Source: an uncultured bacterium (GTDB lineage Bacteria; Patescibacteriota; Minisyncoccia; UBA6257; UBA9933). From it: DNA of 52,822 bases. Position 1 is the stretch's first letter; every line of letters begins with the position of its first letter. The position numbers and the translations under genes were made by a program. Shown here piece after piece: positions 48,745 through 52,822 of this stretch. The stretch is from NCBI GenBank assembly GCA_913009635.1, contig CAJVXI010000003.1, forward strand, positions 1 to 52,822. The letters are read 5' to 3'. The notes below the pieces were generated by a model. That model was given only the letters and a program-made list of their open reading frames with translations, ran no database searches and was not told the origin of the DNA.

Positions 48745-49275
48745 CTATCTATAATCAACGCGTTTGGCAATTTCCTTTTCTCCGGTAATTTTTCTAAAAA
48801 GCTGAAATTTTTCTTTGGGCTTTTTCCCCCAAAAAGGTGTTCTTATGGTTTTTTCTCTTTTTGGCACGGGATTTTTGGTGGTCAAAAGATTTTGCCATAG
48901 TTTTTTTATGTTCGGTGTTTCAGAAAAAAATTTTTCCAATTTTTCTCTTTTAGAAATAACAGCTTCTGTTGTTGGAATTTCAATAAATTTTTCTTCTACT
49001 TCTCTTTGCCAAAGATAAAGTCGTGGCCTCCAGATAAAGCCCATAGCCAGCCAGAGGATTTCAGGAAGTGGTTTTCCGTTGTATTTTATAAGAGCTAAAG
49101 CCAGCGCTATTATCGTTAAAAAAACCGAAATTAAAAACCATAACCACATTTGTATGATAAAAAAAAGCATAAAACTAATAAGTCCAGCACCGGCTAAATA
49201 TAAAAATTGCCTTAAGCTTAAAGGTCCAATAATTTTATTTTCAACATCAATAAATTGTGGGACTTGAAATTGCAT
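48745..49275 (-). CDS. PrgI family protein
   Basis: [24 protein letters not shown], 2 TM. Confidence 0.85.
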   Translation of the reverse strand: MQFQVPQFIDVENKIIGPLSLRQFLYLAGAGLISFMLFFIIQMWLWFLISVFLTIIALALALIKYNGKPLPEILWLAMGFIWRPRLYLWQREVEEKFIEIPTTEAVISKREKLEKFFSETPNIKKLWQNLLTTKNPVPKREKTIRTPFWGKKPKEKFQLFRKITGEKEIAKRVDYR

Positions 49276-49332
49276 AAAATTAATTCAAAATGTAAATATC
49301 AAAAATCAAAATGACAAATTAAAATGTCAAAA

Positions 49333-49434
49333 TTATTTCTTGCTTTTTAAAGTTAAAATGCTAGAAGCTAAGATATTTGCTATTTCAATAAGTTCATCTA
49401 ATAACCATTTTAATTCTGATTGCTCTTTTGAATT
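49333..49434 (-). pseudogene. C-terminal remnant of a four-helix-bundle gene inside family C arms
   Basis: NSKEQSELKWLLDELIEIANILASSILTLKSKK*, no start codon. Confidence 0.65.
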
Positions 49435-49442
49435 TTACACTG

Positions 49443-50555
49443 TCATTTTGCATTTTGATTTTTGATTTTTGATTTTAATTCAAACGTTCTTAAATCAATA
49501 ACATCTTCCTCCTCTGACACGGACTCATGCTGACTGGACACGGACTTATACTGATTTTTTATTGGAAGATTTCCGGGTGGTTTAGATTGAGCACTTTGTT
49601 TAATTTCTGTGGATTGATGATTTTCTTCTTTTTTATCGGCTGGTCTGTATGAGTCTGTGTTAGGTCTGTATGGGTCAATGTTTTTGCCAAATGGTGAAGG
49701 CGTTTGCAGGCCGCCATAATGAACAACTCGTGGTTTGGGAATTTCAATTTTAGCGAGTTTTGGAGCTTCGGTAGGGGCTGTTTTAGGTATTTCTCTTGGA
49801 ATTTCTATTTTAGCTTTTGTTGCGGGTTTTATTCCTTGTTGTTTTTCTTTTTTAAGAAAGCCAAATAACCCGCTTAAAGAGCGTTGTTTAGTGTTGGTTA
49901 GTGGCGTGATTTTTTTCTCTTCGTGGATGATTTTCGGCATTAACACGGACTCATGCGGACTGGACACGGACTTTTGTGGACTTTCAACTTTTTCAATTTT
50001 CAGCGACTCCACTCCCGAAACTGTTTCTTTTGGAGGAATAATTTCTGGTTTATTTTTTTCTTGTTCTTCTTGTGATAAAATTTGTCTGTGTTTGTCAGTG
50101 TTCTGTCCGTGTATGTCCGCGCTTGCTTTCTGTTGTCTTAAGTCAACAATTTCCTTGCTATCCGTAGCTTTGGCGAAGGAGGGTTTTTCATCAATAGGCA
50201 TTTTTGCTGGAACAAATTCTTGTTCTAGTGGAGTATAATTTTTTTCTAAATCGTCTCTAATTGGCGTAAAAATTTTCCTATCAAATTCATCAGCGATATC
50301 ATTTGAGTTCTTATTATCTAAGTGCAGGTTTTCGCTAATTTCTTGGCTCATTTTATCAAGCGGCACAAAACCTAAAAGAACCAATCCGATTAATTGTTCA
50401 ATCATTAAGGTTTTCTCCTTTTTTAAGTAATGAGATTGACAGATTCGGCGAATGGTTTCGGCATTGTTTTCGGAAGTTAAAACATCCTTGATATTTTCAG
50501 GCAGAGAATTAAATCTTTTTTGAAATTGTTGTTCAGTTAGCAACGAGTAGTTCAT
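49443..50555 (-). CDS. Hypothetical protein with a disordered C-terminal half carrying several repeat insertions
   Basis: Helical N-terminal domain; PSFAKAT, DPYRPNTDSYR, KSVSS.HESV segments. Confidence 0.75.
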   Translation of the reverse strand: MNYSLLTEQQFQKRFNSLPENIKDVLTSENNAETIRRICQSHYLKKEKTLMIEQLIGLVLLGFVPLDKMSQEISENLHLDNKNSNDIADEFDRKIFTPIRDDLEKNYTPLEQEFVPAKMPIDEKPSFAKATDSKEIVDLRQQKASADIHGQNTDKHRQILSQEEQEKNKPEIIPPKETVSGVESLKIEKVESPQKSVSSPHESVLMPKIIHEEKKITPLTNTKQRSLSGLFGFLKKEKQQGIKPATKAKIEIPREIPKTAPTEAPKLAKIEIPKPRVVHYGGLQTPSPFGKNIDPYRPNTDSYRPADKKEENHQSTEIKQSAQSKPPGNLPIKNQYKSVSSQHESVSEEEDVIDLRTFELKSKIKNQNAK

Positions 50556-50679
50556 GGTTTTAGTTTTTTTTAAATTTAAGCATTCTCTTTTTTCTCTTCA
50601 GTTTTCTTTTCTGTTATTGATTCTCCTTCAATAGTCATTTCGCCTTTGTCGGTCATTACTTTAAATTTTTGTTTTTTCT

Positions 50680-51880
50680 TTTTGAATAATCCAGATACGG
50701 TTCCCCGTCAACATAGTAAACCGAAACTGGATAGGTGATAGTTTTTCCGGTTTGGTAGGTCATGATGGTAGAAAATGTAACACGACGACTCAGGTGATAA
50801 TTAAGAACCAGATTAGCCACATTTGGGATATCATAATTGGAAGGATAAGTTTTTCCATTGTTAATACTGTTCCAACTTTTTCCTCCATTCACAGTAACCA
50901 GTGAACGTGAATAGGTGTATGTGAGCCATCCTTCCAGTTTGCGGTTTGTCCTTTTAATAAGAATCTCTACTCCATATCCTTTTTCATTACCCTGCAAAAC
51001 AACTGTTTCCACATTTGGACTGTTCAAAAACGATGCGCCGTCTTTGAATTCCGGAGAACCAGACTCCTGTTTGTAATAGACTTCAACGGACACTTCCAAT
51101 CCGCTTTTTGGCATGGTGCGGAATACTCCAAAAGAAATTTGATTACTTCTTGAAGGATGAATATGGTAATCTGCCAATTTCCACTGAACATTGGGGGAAA
51201 TAGCAATTGTATTATTCAGCATAAACAGATTCTGATGCATCTGATTGAAGGCCAGTTTGATGGATCCGTTTTCGTCAGTTTGAAATTTGACTGCTGCACG
51301 GATGTCCGGCTCGGAATACCAATGTATCGGAACATTTTTTCCATAAATAACAGTATCGCTGACATAACGCAAATCAATCGGCATTCCGGGAGTATAATGA
51401 TACACAGTGGATGGCCCCAAAGGAGAGAATATTGTAAACCTAAAACCTGCCATAATACTTAAAATGGGTAACGGATTATAGATATCAGTAGCATACAATG
51501 AAGCTGCTAAGCCTTGTTCTTTACCCAATGCTACAGGGATCAGCAATGACTTGGTTCCGTAAGGAATCACATTTCCCCGGTCAAGTTTGTACATGACTGC
51601 ATCACCGCCAAAGTTAAGTGTATTATAGTTGCTTATCGTTTTGGTGAAATCAGCGCGAACTTCGTATTGTCCCATTTTATAAGCTTGCTGGTAAGCACTG
51701 GAAAGCTGTTCTTTATCAACAGTGCTGAAAGTATATTGTGAGGCAATAAGTGTAAAATCTCCTCTTAAAGAGTTTGTAAAATTATGACTGATGTCCAAAG
51801 AAGCGCCGTTGTTGGAATAATTATAATCATCAATTGTCGAAAGCCTGAAATGATCAAAGCTATGGTAGTAGAAAAATGAC
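50680..51880 (-). CDS. Fragment of a TonB-dependent receptor (Bacteroidota-like, probably chimeric)
   Basis: Beta-barrel motifs GYGVEILI, GWLTYTYSRS, YQTG; truncated at both ends. Confidence 0.7.
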
Positions 51881-51883
51881 ATT

Positions 51884-52270
51884 TGTGTTTTCTTCCCACT
51901 AGAGTCTCAAATAAGTAAAGAGTTCTTATCAGCTACTAATTCTTTTAGAGACAAAGAATTAAACAAAGATAAGGAAATTACAGGATTTTTCGAGAAGAAT
52001 GGTAGAGTAAGAGCTGTTAAGCTAAGGGGCGAAAGGTCTATGGGCTACCTAGTACCTTTAGAATCAATAGAAGAGTTCACTGGAAGAACAATTGAAGATT
52101 CTGAAGTAGGGAAAGAATTTGATACTATAGGAGATACATTAATGGTTAAGAAATACATTGTACCAGTTAGAAATAATGAGGGTAACAGACAGGGTAAGAT
52201 AGAGAAAAGGATCTCCAGACTTGTAGAAGGACAGTTCAGATTTCATGTTGATACTGAGAACTTTAGAAGA
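51884..52270 (+). CDS. Fragment of a phage-type DRB0094-family RNA ligase N-terminus
   Basis: In-frame CVFFPLESQI..GFFEKNGRVRAVKLRGERSMGYLVP..KKY. Confidence 0.55.
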
Positions 52271-52380
52271 AAGGCAGGAACTTTACTCAAAATTGTAGGC
52301 CGCTACTCAGAACTTCGTCTTATTTACTGCCCCTGTGAAAGTTTCATATATCCCCGACGTATTCTATTGCTTGTGATATT

Positions 52381-52713
52381 ATGGACTGGGGTATGAAGAA
52401 CCGACTGTCAAGGATTATTAAACCGAAAGATAATAGGACTGTCATGCTGGCCGTTGACCACGGCTATTTCATGGGCCCGACAACTGGCCTGGAGAAGCTG
52501 GATGAGATGGTGAACCCCCTATTGCCCTTTGCTGACACATTGATGCTGACCAGAGGTGCGCTTCGGAATTACATCGCCCCGGAGATTGATGTTCCCATTG
52601 TGCTCAGGGTATCTGGCGGTACCAGTATTCTTAATGACAATCTATTGCATGAGGGCATTATCACATCAATGGAGGAGGCAGTGCGTCTGAACGTTGCTGG
52701 CGTCGCATTCTCA
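52381..52713 (+). CDS. lsrF: LsrF-like class I aldolase/thiolase, 3'-truncated by the adapter
   Basis: MDWGMKNRLSRI..MLAVDHGYFMGPTTGLE. Confidence 0.85.
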
Positions 52714-52779
52714 AGATCGGAAGAGCACACGTCTGAACTCCAGTCACATTCCTTTATCTCGTATGCCGTCTTCTGCTTG
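52714..52779. other. Illumina TruSeq adapter (index ATTCCTTT)
   Basis: AGATCGGAAGAGCACACGTCTGAACTCCAGTCAC-ATTCCTTT-ATCTCGTATGCCGTCTTCTGCTTG. Confidence 0.99.
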
Positions 52780-52822
52780 AAAAAAAAAAAAATACTAATA
52801 TAGATATAGCATAAATCAAGTT

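Noticed and set aside
324-51462. Many short antisense ORFs in the track
   Set aside because: They overlap well-supported genes on the other strand and show no recognisable motifs
50680-52713. Horizontal transfer of TonB receptor, RNA ligase and lsrF
   Set aside because: All are fragments joined near an adapter; artefact is more likely
1-52822. tRNA, rRNA, tmRNA or RNase P RNA genes
   Set aside because: No hallmark motifs recognised by eye; a covariance search is needed to exclude them

Overview
AT-rich bacterial contig whose gene content (dnaA-dnaN/rpmH-rnpA-yidC origin region, stand-alone 5'-3' exonuclease, PilB ATPase, PrgI/VirB4/pilin cluster, few Shine-Dalgarno sites) suggests a CPR/Patescibacteria (Parcubacteria-like) genome; this is inference. 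Both ends carry Illumina TruSeq adapter, and the last ~2.1 kb is a patchwork of foreign fragments (TonB-dependent receptor, phage-type RNA ligase, LsrF). Bases 156-9563 look like a defence island: a type IIG R-M enzyme, an apparently split nuclease/STAND-like pair, and a HEPN-like protein. The most striking feature is about ten dispersed short-repeat families. Several form inverted arms around a small gene (four-helix bundle, GxxExxY, GIY-YIG). The same arms recur with no gene or with a gene remnant, nest inside each other, and insert in frame into housekeeping proteins. Two unannotated structured-RNA candidates and several small ORFs missed by the ORF track are also present. All calls come from manual reading; no database searches were run.
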